From contig DASXUZ010000080.1 in assembly GCA_036504555.1 (NCBI GenBank), positions 4,003 to 68,002 on the forward strand: a stretch of 64,000 nucleotides of DNA, in the 5' to 3' direction. Under the pieces are notes generated by a model. The model did not search any database, was not told the DNA's origin, and saw nothing but the letters and a program-made list of their open reading frames with translations. This document shows, one piece after another, positions 48,414 through 56,838 of the stretch; position 1 is the first letter of the stretch, and each line of letters opens with the position of its first letter. A program made the translations under genes and the position numbers. This stretch comes from Prolixibacteraceae bacterium (GTDB lineage: Bacteria > Bacteroidota > Bacteroidia > Bacteroidales > Prolixibacteraceae).

Positions 48414-48446
48414 AAATAAAACAAAAGATAAATGCCCCTGACATGG

Positions 48447-48476
48447 AAAGCCGTTTCTTTAAGTAGAATCGGCTTT
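48447..48476 (+). terminator. Intrinsic terminator
   Basis: AAAGCCGTTTCT / AGAATCGGCTTT stem followed by a T run. Confidence 0.7.
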
Positions 48477-48597
48477 TTACTTTCAAATGATAGGCCTGAA
48501 GGGTATTTTGATTTCGAATATAATTTTTACTCCAATGCAGTTAGCAAATTTGAATATTTATACATTATTTTAAGAACCCAAAAATCTCTTAACTAAA

Positions 48598-49842
48598 ATG
48601 AACAAATCGACTAACAAACAAGGTTGGACCATCACCTTTGCCGCATTGGGCATCAACCTGGTCATGGGCGTTCTCTATTCGTGGGGCGTCATCAAAAAAG
48701 CACTGGTAAGCGACTGGGGCTGGACCAACACAGAAGCGGCCTTGCCCTTTACCGTTTCAGCAGCCTTCTTTGCCCTTACCATGATTTTTGCAGGACGCGC
48801 ACAGGATAAATTCGGGCCCCGAATGGTCACCATCTTCGGGGGCATCATGCTCGGTGCCGGCTTAATTGCTTCGGGTTTTGTGACCAGCCAAATGATGATG
48901 GTACTTACCTTCGGGGTCATTGGCTCCATCGGGATCGGGCTAGGTTATTCGGCCGCCACACCCTGCGCCATGAAATGGTTCGATTCCTCAAAAAAAGGAA
49001 TGATCGCCGGCATTGTGGTTGCAGGAGTTGGCCTGTCGCCTGTATACATCACCCCGATTACGGCCAGCCTCTTGAAAAGTTATGGAATCAGCAACACGTT
49101 TATCATTTTAGGCATTTTTGCCATTGCAGTGGTAATCCTGTTGTCATTTTTCTTAAAAAACCCACTGCAAGCAGAGGTTCCAAAAACAGCAGGCCAACAA
49201 GCTGCCCCTGCATCCAATGCAAACGATTTAACCTGGAGCCAGGTTACCCGGACACCCCAGTTTTATCTCTTGTGGGTCATGTACCTATTGGCTGCAACGG
49301 CAGGCTTGATGCTGATCGCCCATCTTCCAAGCATTGCTGTTGCCCAGGCTGACTGGAAGACTGCGGGATTTATGTTGGTTGTCATCCTTTCAATTTTCAA
49401 TGCCATTGGCCGCCTCGGGGCAGGTGTATTGTCGGATAAAGTGGGCAGAACAAGGGCCATGATGATCGTATTCATGCTTCAGGCAGTCAACATGTTCCTT
49501 TTCATGTTTTATACCTCCATCCCATTGCTCGTCATGGGCTCTGCAATTGCAGGTCTGGCCTACGGAGCCGTATTTTCACTTTTCCCTACCACCACTGCCG
49601 AATTCTTCGGGATGAAAAACCTGGGCGTCAACTACGGCCTGATCTTTACAGGCTGGGGAGTGGCCGGTGTCATTGGCCCCATGCTGGGTGGGCTGGTGGC
49701 CGATAAAACCGGCGCCTACAGCAACGGATACATTGTGGCGGGGGTATTTCTTTTAATTGCTACCCTGCTGGTCAGCATCCTAAAATCCCCAAAAGTAAAG
49801 CCCGTAGATGTCAAAGAACCACAGCTTTCGTCCATCAGTTAA
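48598..49842 (+). CDS. MFS transporter, oxalate/formate antiporter (OFA) family
   Basis: 12 TMs; AGRAQDKFGPR, GIGLGY...KWF..KKG and GRLGAG.LSDKVGR, LGVNYG. Confidence 0.9.
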   Translation: MNKSTNKQGWTITFAALGINLVMGVLYSWGVIKKALVSDWGWTNTEAALPFTVSAAFFALTMIFAGRAQDKFGPRMVTIFGGIMLGAGLIASGFVTSQMMMVLTFGVIGSIGIGLGYSAATPCAMKWFDSSKKGMIAGIVVAGVGLSPVYITPITASLLKSYGISNTFIILGIFAIAVVILLSFFLKNPLQAEVPKTAGQQAAPASNANDLTWSQVTRTPQFYLLWVMYLLAATAGLMLIAHLPSIAVAQADWKTAGFMLVVILSIFNAIGRLGAGVLSDKVGRTRAMMIVFMLQAVNMFLFMFYTSIPLLVMGSAIAGLAYGAVFSLFPTTTAEFFGMKNLGVNYGLIFTGWGVAGVIGPMLGGLVADKTGAYSNGYIVAGVFLLIATLLVSILKSPKVKPVDVKEPQLSSIS

Positions 49843-49868
49843 AGCTTCAATTTACGAAATATTATTCA

Positions 49869-49917
49869 CTTATAAAACAGCAGCCTGGAAAGATTTTCCA
49901 GGCTGCTGTTTTATAAG
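49869..49917. terminator. Perfect 23-bp hairpin terminator
   Basis: CTTATAAAACAGCAGCCTGGAAA-GAT-TTTCCAGGCTGCTGTTTTATAAG. Confidence 0.88.
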
Positions 49918-50037
49918 ATCCAATGTGCTAAGACTAAAAGGAATCAGAGTTCGGACAAGTTTTTATTGGCACATTAGAGGTTCGATTAACCATTTATCTG
50001 GTTGTAATTCTTTATCTTTGTTTAAAGTCAAACAATC

Positions 50038-50280
50038 ATGAGCGTATTAGAATTCAAATCAAAAATAGGAAAACAATCGATTGATATTCCCAAAATAATT
50101 CCAACAGTATTAATTACTGCCGATGGAATAATTGCATCAGGGGATTATAAATCAATAGATTCAAATATTTATGATGCAACTTATTTACTGGAATCAATTA
50201 ACAGGGAGCTAAAGGATTTTGAGCAGGGAAGAACCCATTCACATGAAACTGTACGAAAGTTATATGAGAAATATCTTTGA
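50038..50280 (+). CDS. Small hypothetical protein with an antitoxin-like C-terminus
   Basis: Own -7 box TATCTTTG (50013-50020). The C-terminus LESINRELKDFEQGRTHSHETVRKLYEKYL resembles RelE/ParE-associated antitoxin tails. Confidence 0.6.
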   Translation: MSVLEFKSKIGKQSIDIPKIIPTVLITADGIIASGDYKSIDSNIYDATYLLESINRELKDFEQGRTHSHETVRKLYEKYL

Positions 50281-50342
50281 TCATTCAGCTGATGTCAGAA
50301 AAACAAAAATATATAAAATCTACCTCAATAATCCAATCAAGA

Positions 50343-52817
50343 ATGGAACTTCAGACCAACCCGCAATTAGAGCTTGCCTTTGATTTTCTACAATATACCA
50401 ACCAGAATATTTTCTTAACTGGAAAGGCGGGAACGGGTAAAACCACTTTTCTGCGCAACCTGAAAAAGCTATCACCCAAACGAATGGTGGTCGTTGCCCC
50501 AACGGGTGTGGCTGCCATCAATGCGGGAGGTGTAACCATTCACTCATTTTTCCAGATGTCATTTGGGCCGCAGGTTCCGCAGAATCCCGAACAGATCAGA
50601 CCTGTCACGGTACCTGTCAATGGAAATGACGCCGCCAGGATCAATCGTTTCAGCAAACAGAAAATCAACATCATCAGAAGCCTTGATTTATTGGTCATCG
50701 ATGAAATCAGCATGGTGCGCGCTGACGTGCTGGATGGAATTGATGAGGTATTGCGCCGCTATAAAAACCGGTACAAACCTTTTGGCGGGGTGCAATTGCT
50801 CATGATCGGCGACTTGCAACAGTTGGCCCCCGTTCTGAAAGACGATGACTGGAACATTCTGAAACCCTATTATGAAACCTGCTTTTTCTTCAGCAGCCAT
50901 GCCCTGAAACGATCTAAATTCACTGGCATCGAGCTGAAACATATATTCAGGCAAAGTGATCCGCGGTTTATTGCCCTATTGAACAAAGTGCGTGAAAACC
51001 AGATGGATGATGCCACCCTTTTGGAATTAAACCAACGATACATTCCTGGGTTTAATCCTGAAGAGAAAGAAGGCTACATCACCCTTACCACGCACAATTT
51101 CCAGTCGCAGCAAATCAACAGTGAAAAATTAAGTATGCTGAAGTCCAAATCCATCCGCTACAAGGCAGAAGTGACAGGCGACTTTCCAGAGTACTCCTAC
51201 CCGACTGATCCCGAGCTGGAATTAAAAGTGGGATCTCAGGTCATGTTTGTCAAAAACGACCTCTCCCCTGAAAAACGCTTCTACAACGGTAAGATTGGAA
51301 AAATCATCAATATCACCAAAACTGAAATAGAAGTTCAGTGCCCTGATGACAACGAGTCGATTGATGTGGAGACCGTGAAATGGGTAAATACCAAATACAC
51401 GCTCAACGATACCACCCAGGAAATCACCGAGGAAGAAATCGGTACCTTCACCCAATTCCCGCTCAAACTGGCCTGGGCCATTACCATTCATAAAAGCCAG
51501 GGGCTCACCTTCGAAAGAGCCATCATCGATGCGCGTGCGTCGTTCGCCCATGGACAAGTGTATGTTGCCTTGAGCCGATGCAAAACACTCGAAGGATTGG
51601 TATTGAGTTCAACGATCTCTCCCACCAGTGTCAAAAACGATACCACGGTCATCCAATTCACTGATGAGGTGGAACGCAAACAACCTGGAGCCGCTGAACT
51701 GGCTCAATCGCGCAAGGAATACGTTCAGCAATTGCTCACTGAATTGTTTGATTTCAAACCCATCCTTTTGCAAATCCAGTATATACTCAAGCTTTGGGAA
51801 GAAAATTCGTCTCATTTACTGGGCACCCTCAAAATACAACTGCAAGGAATGATTTTACCCCTTCAAACGGAATTGATCGAGGTAGGAACCAAATTCGACA
51901 CGCAACTTCGCAACCTGATTTGGGCAGGCGCCCATGCCGAAAATGACCCGGCCCTCCAGGAACGGATCAGAAAAGCGGCTGCTTATTTCTCCGCAAAGCT
52001 GGAAGTATTAATCGCCCAGCCTTTATCGGTAGCCACTTTCGATACCGACAACAAGACCATCCGCAAAAACTTCAACGACACGGTCGATAAACTGAGCAAG
52101 GAAATTTACACCAAGAAAGTCTGTTTCGATGAATGCAGCAATGGTTTCACCATCAAGAGCTACCTGGAAACAAAAGCAAAAGCTGCGATCGAAATTCCTG
52201 AAACTGGCCCAAAGGGACAGCCATCGGCCAGTGCACCGACCTTCACCCGGTATCCTGATTTTTATAGCAAGCTCAAGAAATGGAGGGAAGAAAAATCTAT
52301 TTTGCTGAATGAAGAAATTGCCCGTATCATTCCTCAAAAAACCCTGCTTGAAATTGCACAAACCTTGCCTGTATCAAGGGCAGAACTGAAGGCAGTCAAA
52401 GGAATGGGGGGAACCCGGCTTCAACAGTTTGGCCGCGATATCCTTGAAATGGTCATCGCTTTCCGCCGGCTGAAAGGATTGGATTTACCCATGCACCCCG
52501 AGAAAGAAGCCGAAAAGGCCGGGATGGATACCAAACAAATCAGCTATGAACTGTTCAAAAGCGGGCAGTCAATTACACAGATTGCCACTGAACGAAATTT
52601 CGCTCCTACAACCATTGAAGCGCATCTGGCTCACTATGTGGGTCTCGGCCAATTGGAAATCAACCGTTTTGTTGAATCCGCCAAAGTTAAAACCATTGAG
52701 GCATACATTCTGAAAAACAAAACAAACCAAATCACTGATATTCGTGCAGCCATTGGTGATAGCTACACTTATTCCGAAATCAGGTTTGTGATCAAATATT
52801 TAGAGGCAAGGCACTAA
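50343..52817 (+). CDS. PIF1/RecD-like SF1B helicase with C-terminal HRDC and HTH domains
   Basis: TGKAGTGKTT, APTGVAA, IDEISMV, GDLQQL, FRQ, LAWAITIHKSQG, YVALSR; HRDC (LKKWR...KGMG..RLQQFG) and a terminal HTH. Start placed at MELQTN. Confidence 0.92.
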   Translation: MELQTNPQLELAFDFLQYTNQNIFLTGKAGTGKTTFLRNLKKLSPKRMVVVAPTGVAAINAGGVTIHSFFQMSFGPQVPQNPEQIRPVTVPVNGNDAARINRFSKQKINIIRSLDLLVIDEISMVRADVLDGIDEVLRRYKNRYKPFGGVQLLMIGDLQQLAPVLKDDDWNILKPYYETCFFFSSHALKRSKFTGIELKHIFRQSDPRFIALLNKVRENQMDDATLLELNQRYIPGFNPEEKEGYITLTTHNFQSQQINSEKLSMLKSKSIRYKAEVTGDFPEYSYPTDPELELKVGSQVMFVKNDLSPEKRFYNGKIGKIINITKTEIEVQCPDDNESIDVETVKWVNTKYTLNDTTQEITEEEIGTFTQFPLKLAWAITIHKSQGLTFERAIIDARASFAHGQVYVALSRCKTLEGLVLSSTISPTSVKNDTTVIQFTDEVERKQPGAAELAQSRKEYVQQLLTELFDFKPILLQIQYILKLWEENSSHLLGTLKIQLQGMILPLQTELIEVGTKFDTQLRNLIWAGAHAENDPALQERIRKAAAYFSAKLEVLIAQPLSVATFDTDNKTIRKNFNDTVDKLSKEIYTKKVCFDECSNGFTIKSYLETKAKAAIEIPETGPKGQPSASAPTFTRYPDFYSKLKKWREEKSILLNEEIARIIPQKTLLEIAQTLPVSRAELKAVKGMGGTRLQQFGRDILEMVIAFRRLKGLDLPMHPEKEAEKAGMDTKQISYELFKSGQSITQIATERNFAPTTIEAHLAHYVGLGQLEINRFVESAKVKTIEAYILKNKTNQITDIRAAIGDSYTYSEIRFVIKYLEARH

Positions 52818-53061
52818 TTAACCGCCTATATAAACACATTCGAACAGACTATTTTCTGTCGCCTTTTTTCTCCACCTTGCCTGCAAATGAGCCGTTTCGG
52901 CTTTACAGAAAAGTGGCGATACATGTTTTTAAACAAATCAGAAAAATAGGAAATTTCATAATTTTTTATCAATTTAACGGCCTGATTTAACAGTGAGGTA
53001 GCAGTGCATTTTTGTTCTTACTTCAAAGTTAAAACTTTTAAACCAACTAACCATTCACGTT

Positions 53062-54630
53062 ATGAAAGCTGACAGCCCAAAGTTTTATCATTCGCTGTTT
53101 ATTACCATCCTTCGGGTATCCATTGGCTGGCATTTCCTCTTTGAAGGAATCTCCAAAATTGTACAGGGAAACTGGACCGCTTCCACCTATTTACTCAATA
53201 CCACGGGCTTTCTTTCGGGATTCTACCACTGGATTGCAGGCTCTCCGGGGCTTTTGATGGTGACTGATATCCTGAACATGTACGGGCTGCTGCTCATTGG
53301 ACTTGCCCTCTTTATTGGCTTATTCAGCCGCTATGCTGCACTGGCAGGGGCTTTGCTGCTTACCCTCTATTATTTTGCCTATCCACCTTTCGGCAACCCG
53401 ATGATGAACACTTCAGACGGTCATTTATTCATGGTCGATAAACTGTTTATTGAAGCTGCCGCCCTCTTGTTTCTCTTCTTTTACCGTGAACAAGGATATT
53501 GCATTGATAACCTACTTGACGCATACCGCAGTCGCAAGAAATCACCAGTTGCCGCTACTGCATCCACCACTGAAGAAGTGAACTCACGCCGGGAAGCGCT
53601 GAAGAACCTGGCTACCATACCCGTATTGGGAGCAATGGGCTGGGGAGCGGTGAACAACTTCAACACCTATGGCGTCGATGTCATGTCGGGAGCAACCATC
53701 CAGGTCAAGCAGACCGCCTTAAGCGAACTGAAAGGCGCATTGCCCAAAGGCAAGATCGGGAAGCATGAAATCAGCCGACTCATTGCCGGGGGAAACCTGA
53801 TTGGCGGATGGGCCCACTCGCGCGATTTGATCTATGTGTCTACCCTATTCAAAGCATACAATACCGAGAAGAAAGTTTATGAAACATTGATGCTGGCCGA
53901 ACAAGCGGGCATCAACACCATCAATATCGGTTTCCCTTCCAATCCATTGCTGGCCAAATACAAGAAGATGACCGGCAGCAATATCAAGATCATCTCCCAG
54001 ATTGCACCCAAACTGGACAACAGTAAGCTTTCGGAGGTTGGACCTCATACTGACAAGAAGCTCTATTTTGAATTCATTGACCAGGCCATCGATGCCGGGG
54101 TGGATATTCTCCAGGTGCAGGGAAACTGGTGTGACTGGCTGGTACGAGACAACAAGATTGAAGTGATCGATGAGATGATCGCCTACATCCGCAAACAGGG
54201 TTACACCGCCGGACTGGCAGCCCATTCGGTTGAATCACTCATTGCATGCGCCGATCAGGGCATCATTCCTGATTATTACATGAAAACCATGCACCACGAT
54301 CAATACTGGTCGGCCCACCCACGCGAATTCCGCTTCCCTTTTGAAGTGGACGGAAAGGAATACCTCGACCACAACCGTTTTCACAACAACATGTTTTGTC
54401 TCTTCCCTGAACGTACCGTAGAATTTGTGGCCAAGGCAACAGTGCCGGTAATGGGTTTCAAGGTACTGGCCGCCGGCTCCATCGAACCACAGGATGGCTT
54501 TAAATGGGCCTACGACAACGGGGCAGACTTTATTTGCGTCGGGATGTTTGACTTCCAAGTTGTCAACAATGTGAATATTGCCATAGACTGCCTGAATAAA
54601 ACCAACCGTACGAGACCCTGGCACGGATAA
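53062..54630 (+). CDS. DoxX/DoxD membrane domain fused to an internal Tat-like segment, a DxxSGAT motif and an aldo/keto-reductase-like barrel
   Basis: LRVSIGWHFLFEGISKI and 4 TMs; SRREALK (aa 175-181); DVMSGAT (aa 206-212); LPKGKIG...ISRLIAGGN; MGFKVLAAG...ICVGMFD. Confidence 0.8.
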   Translation: MKADSPKFYHSLFITILRVSIGWHFLFEGISKIVQGNWTASTYLLNTTGFLSGFYHWIAGSPGLLMVTDILNMYGLLLIGLALFIGLFSRYAALAGALLLTLYYFAYPPFGNPMMNTSDGHLFMVDKLFIEAAALLFLFFYREQGYCIDNLLDAYRSRKKSPVAATASTTEEVNSRREALKNLATIPVLGAMGWGAVNNFNTYGVDVMSGATIQVKQTALSELKGALPKGKIGKHEISRLIAGGNLIGGWAHSRDLIYVSTLFKAYNTEKKVYETLMLAEQAGINTINIGFPSNPLLAKYKKMTGSNIKIISQIAPKLDNSKLSEVGPHTDKKLYFEFIDQAIDAGVDILQVQGNWCDWLVRDNKIEVIDEMIAYIRKQGYTAGLAAHSVESLIACADQGIIPDYYMKTMHHDQYWSAHPREFRFPFEVDGKEYLDHNRFHNNMFCLFPERTVEFVAKATVPVMGFKVLAAGSIEPQDGFKWAYDNGADFICVGMFDFQVVNNVNIAIDCLNKTNRTRPWHG

Positions 54631-54645
54631 ATAAACGATGGTGCA

Positions 54646-55200
54646 ATGAATCAGGAAGCTGAAATTCCGATACCTATCCGGTTTAATTCCTTTAAACATC
54701 ATCGGGATTATATCCTGGAGGTTCTGAAAACGGCCTCTCCTGAATTGATTGCAAGCCTGTTGGACCCCTTGTGCAACAATTATATCGACATTTATTCCGG
54801 GACCCTCACACCGGAGGCTATTTTTCATCAGGTGATTGACATCCTTCAATCCAACCAGGTATTTCAGCCAGATGACTTTACCTCCTGGGTCGATACCATC
54901 AACGGTTACCGGCAAATCACTCTGGTAGACCAATCGGAATGGGTGCTCAGAAAAAGCAATGAAGAGGAACGTTACATTCACCTGCATCCGGCACGCACAG
55001 GACCTTTCTCCATGCGTTTTAAGGGTTCTACCTTAAAAACAGTCTGGATGCTGAAAACCAATTCCCCAAGCCCTCAGCACTCCCCCTCACTGGAAAAAGT
55101 GAACCAGTTAAGAATACAGATTGGCCTTTCACCCGTCAAAAAGCTAGACCGAAGCAAGGGTATTTTAAACTGCTATGAAAAATTCTTTTTGCAGGACTGA
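54646..55200 (+). CDS. Hypothetical cytoplasmic protein (184 aa)
   Basis: Clean ORF 15 bp after the DoxX fusion; candidate motifs FNSFKHH and YIHLHPAR. Confidence 0.75.
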   Translation: MNQEAEIPIPIRFNSFKHHRDYILEVLKTASPELIASLLDPLCNNYIDIYSGTLTPEAIFHQVIDILQSNQVFQPDDFTSWVDTINGYRQITLVDQSEWVLRKSNEEERYIHLHPARTGPFSMRFKGSTLKTVWMLKTNSPSPQHSPSLEKVNQLRIQIGLSPVKKLDRSKGILNCYEKFFLQD

Positions 55201-55357
55201 AATAGTTAGAATCTTTACAGGCCTTTAAAGTTAATAATTCCTTTGTGCTTTACAAAATGAATCCTTGAACAAAAACAATCCGTAAAAAGTTGTGTTTCAT
55301 TTAGGAAAAAAGAAACCATCATATTGAAATGAAGCGTGAAACTGAAATTAAAAGCTT

Positions 55358-56119
55358 ATGATCCAGGCTTGTTTTCGCTTTTATGAAGAGTTGAATGATT
55401 ACCTGCCTGAAGAAATGCGCCAGGAGTGGATTGAAAGTCAGATTGAAATTGTAGCATCAGTGGGAGAAATTATTCAATCATTGGGAATTCCATTGGAGGA
55501 GGTGGATTTAATCCTTGTAAATGAGCAATCCAGAGGGTTTGATTACCAACTCCATGATGGTGACCGGGTATCGGTATACCCGGTATTTGAATCGTTCGAT
55601 GTGTCAGAACTGAATCAGTTAAGGGAAAAGCCACTTCGCAATCCAAGGTTTATCTGCGATGTTCATTTGGGCCGATTGTGCAGATACCTGCGTATGTTGG
55701 GATGGGATACCCTTTATTCCAATCATTATGACCCGAAAGAAATGATTGAACTATCCCTCCAGGAAAAACGCATTCTCCTTTCACGAAGTATTCAAATCAT
55801 TCGCCACAAGGAATTGACCCATGCCTGGTGGGTCCGCTCTGCCAACCCTTTGGAACAGCTGAAAGACCTGGTGAATAAACTGGATTTATCAAAACTCATC
55901 AATCCATTGACCCGTTGCCTCAATTGCAATTATGAGCTGGCAGCCGTAGACAAAAGTGAAATACTTCAAGACCTGGAGCAAAGGACATCAACTTATTACA
56001 CTGAATTTTTCAAATGTCCCAACTGCCACCATATATACTGGAAAGGATCACACTATGAAAATATGCTCAAATTCATAGACCATCATTTGTTAAACAAAGA
56101 ATTCATTTCATGGCAATGA
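55358..56119 (+). CDS. Mut7-C protein: ubiquitin-like domain + PIN-type RNase + Zn ribbon
   Basis: FRFYEELNDYLP...EVDLILVN...GDRVSVYP; RFICDVHLGRL.RYLRMLG.DT; CLNC...CPNCHHIYWKGSH. Confidence 0.93.
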   Translation: MIQACFRFYEELNDYLPEEMRQEWIESQIEIVASVGEIIQSLGIPLEEVDLILVNEQSRGFDYQLHDGDRVSVYPVFESFDVSELNQLREKPLRNPRFICDVHLGRLCRYLRMLGWDTLYSNHYDPKEMIELSLQEKRILLSRSIQIIRHKELTHAWWVRSANPLEQLKDLVNKLDLSKLINPLTRCLNCNYELAAVDKSEILQDLEQRTSTYYTEFFKCPNCHHIYWKGSHYENMLKFIDHHLLNKEFISWQ

Positions 56120-56388
56120 AGTTAATTCCAATCAAAGTAGAAAGTCATTCGGGAAGCAAGGCTGATGAATATCCTACCAGCTTTTACTGGATGAACATTC
56201 AGTATGAAATCAAAGAAATAGCGGATCGTTGGTACCAGGCTCAAGCGACCCCAGAGAGCCCGGTAGCCAACTATTTTAAAGTGCGCACAGCCAGTAAACG
56301 TGTTTTTGTCCTCAAACATGAAATAGAAAGCGATCAATGGTATTTGGTTGCACCTGAACATCCGGGATTTGGATTTTCTTCCAATTGA
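56116..56388 (+). CDS. Small beta-rich hypothetical protein translationally coupled to Mut7-C
   Basis: ATGA overlap with the Mut7-C stop; VESHSG.KADEYP..F, EI.DRWY and YFKV...VLKHE...W pattern. Confidence 0.75.
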   Translation: MKLIPIKVESHSGSKADEYPTSFYWMNIQYEIKEIADRWYQAQATPESPVANYFKVRTASKRVFVLKHEIESDQWYLVAPEHPGFGFSSN

Positions 56389-56464
56389 TCATTGGATGAA
56401 TGCAGGCCCGATCTAATTGAAAAGCAAATTATTACTCTCCCAAATTAGGTTTTAATCTTAGCCC

Positions 56465-56535
56465 GCAATAACTACAATAACTTCAATAACGACAACAATG
56501 CCAATCGTAGTTATTGAAGTTATTGAAGTTATTGC
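56465..56535. repeat. Foldback of 9-bp units (CAATAACTT x3, 13-bp spacer, inverted x3)
   Basis: The 29-bp arms 56465-56493 and 56507-56535 match at 27/29 positions. Confidence 0.9.
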
Positions 56536-56639
56536 AATTGAGTATTTCAGAGTCTATGGTTTTGCAAACCGTCGCCCGATTCCCGGAAAGGAAGCTATGA
56601 AAAAATAACCGGCCCTGTTGAGAAGCCGGCTATTTATAT

Positions 56640-56825
56640 TTAATTGCAGATAGCCCTTCGGGATCGTTTAAATGCAAAGCTTAGATTCAACACGATGGAC
56701 AATCCGATGAATAGTCCCTCCAAAAAATCAACCACATGACTCCCCGGTAAAAACCTTCCCATCAAAAGGGCGATGGCCAGAAGGAGCGTTCCTATGGGAT
56801 AAGCCAGTAATTGTTGGTATTTCAT
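56640..56825 (-). CDS. Small two-TM membrane protein (61 aa)
   Basis: Two hydrophobic helices and a basic tail; 13 bp downstream of the adaptor gene on the same strand. Confidence 0.6.
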   Translation of the reverse strand: MKYQQLLAYPIGTLLLAIALLMGRFLPGSHVVDFLEGLFIGLSIVLNLSFAFKRSRRAICN

Positions 56826-56838
56826 TGTTCCTAAAGGT

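Noticed and set aside
50343-52817. PIF1-HRDC-HTH helicase as a novel defence helicase
   Set aside because: I recognise the architecture as a common Bacteroidota chromosomal gene, and no nuclease or methylase partners are adjacent.
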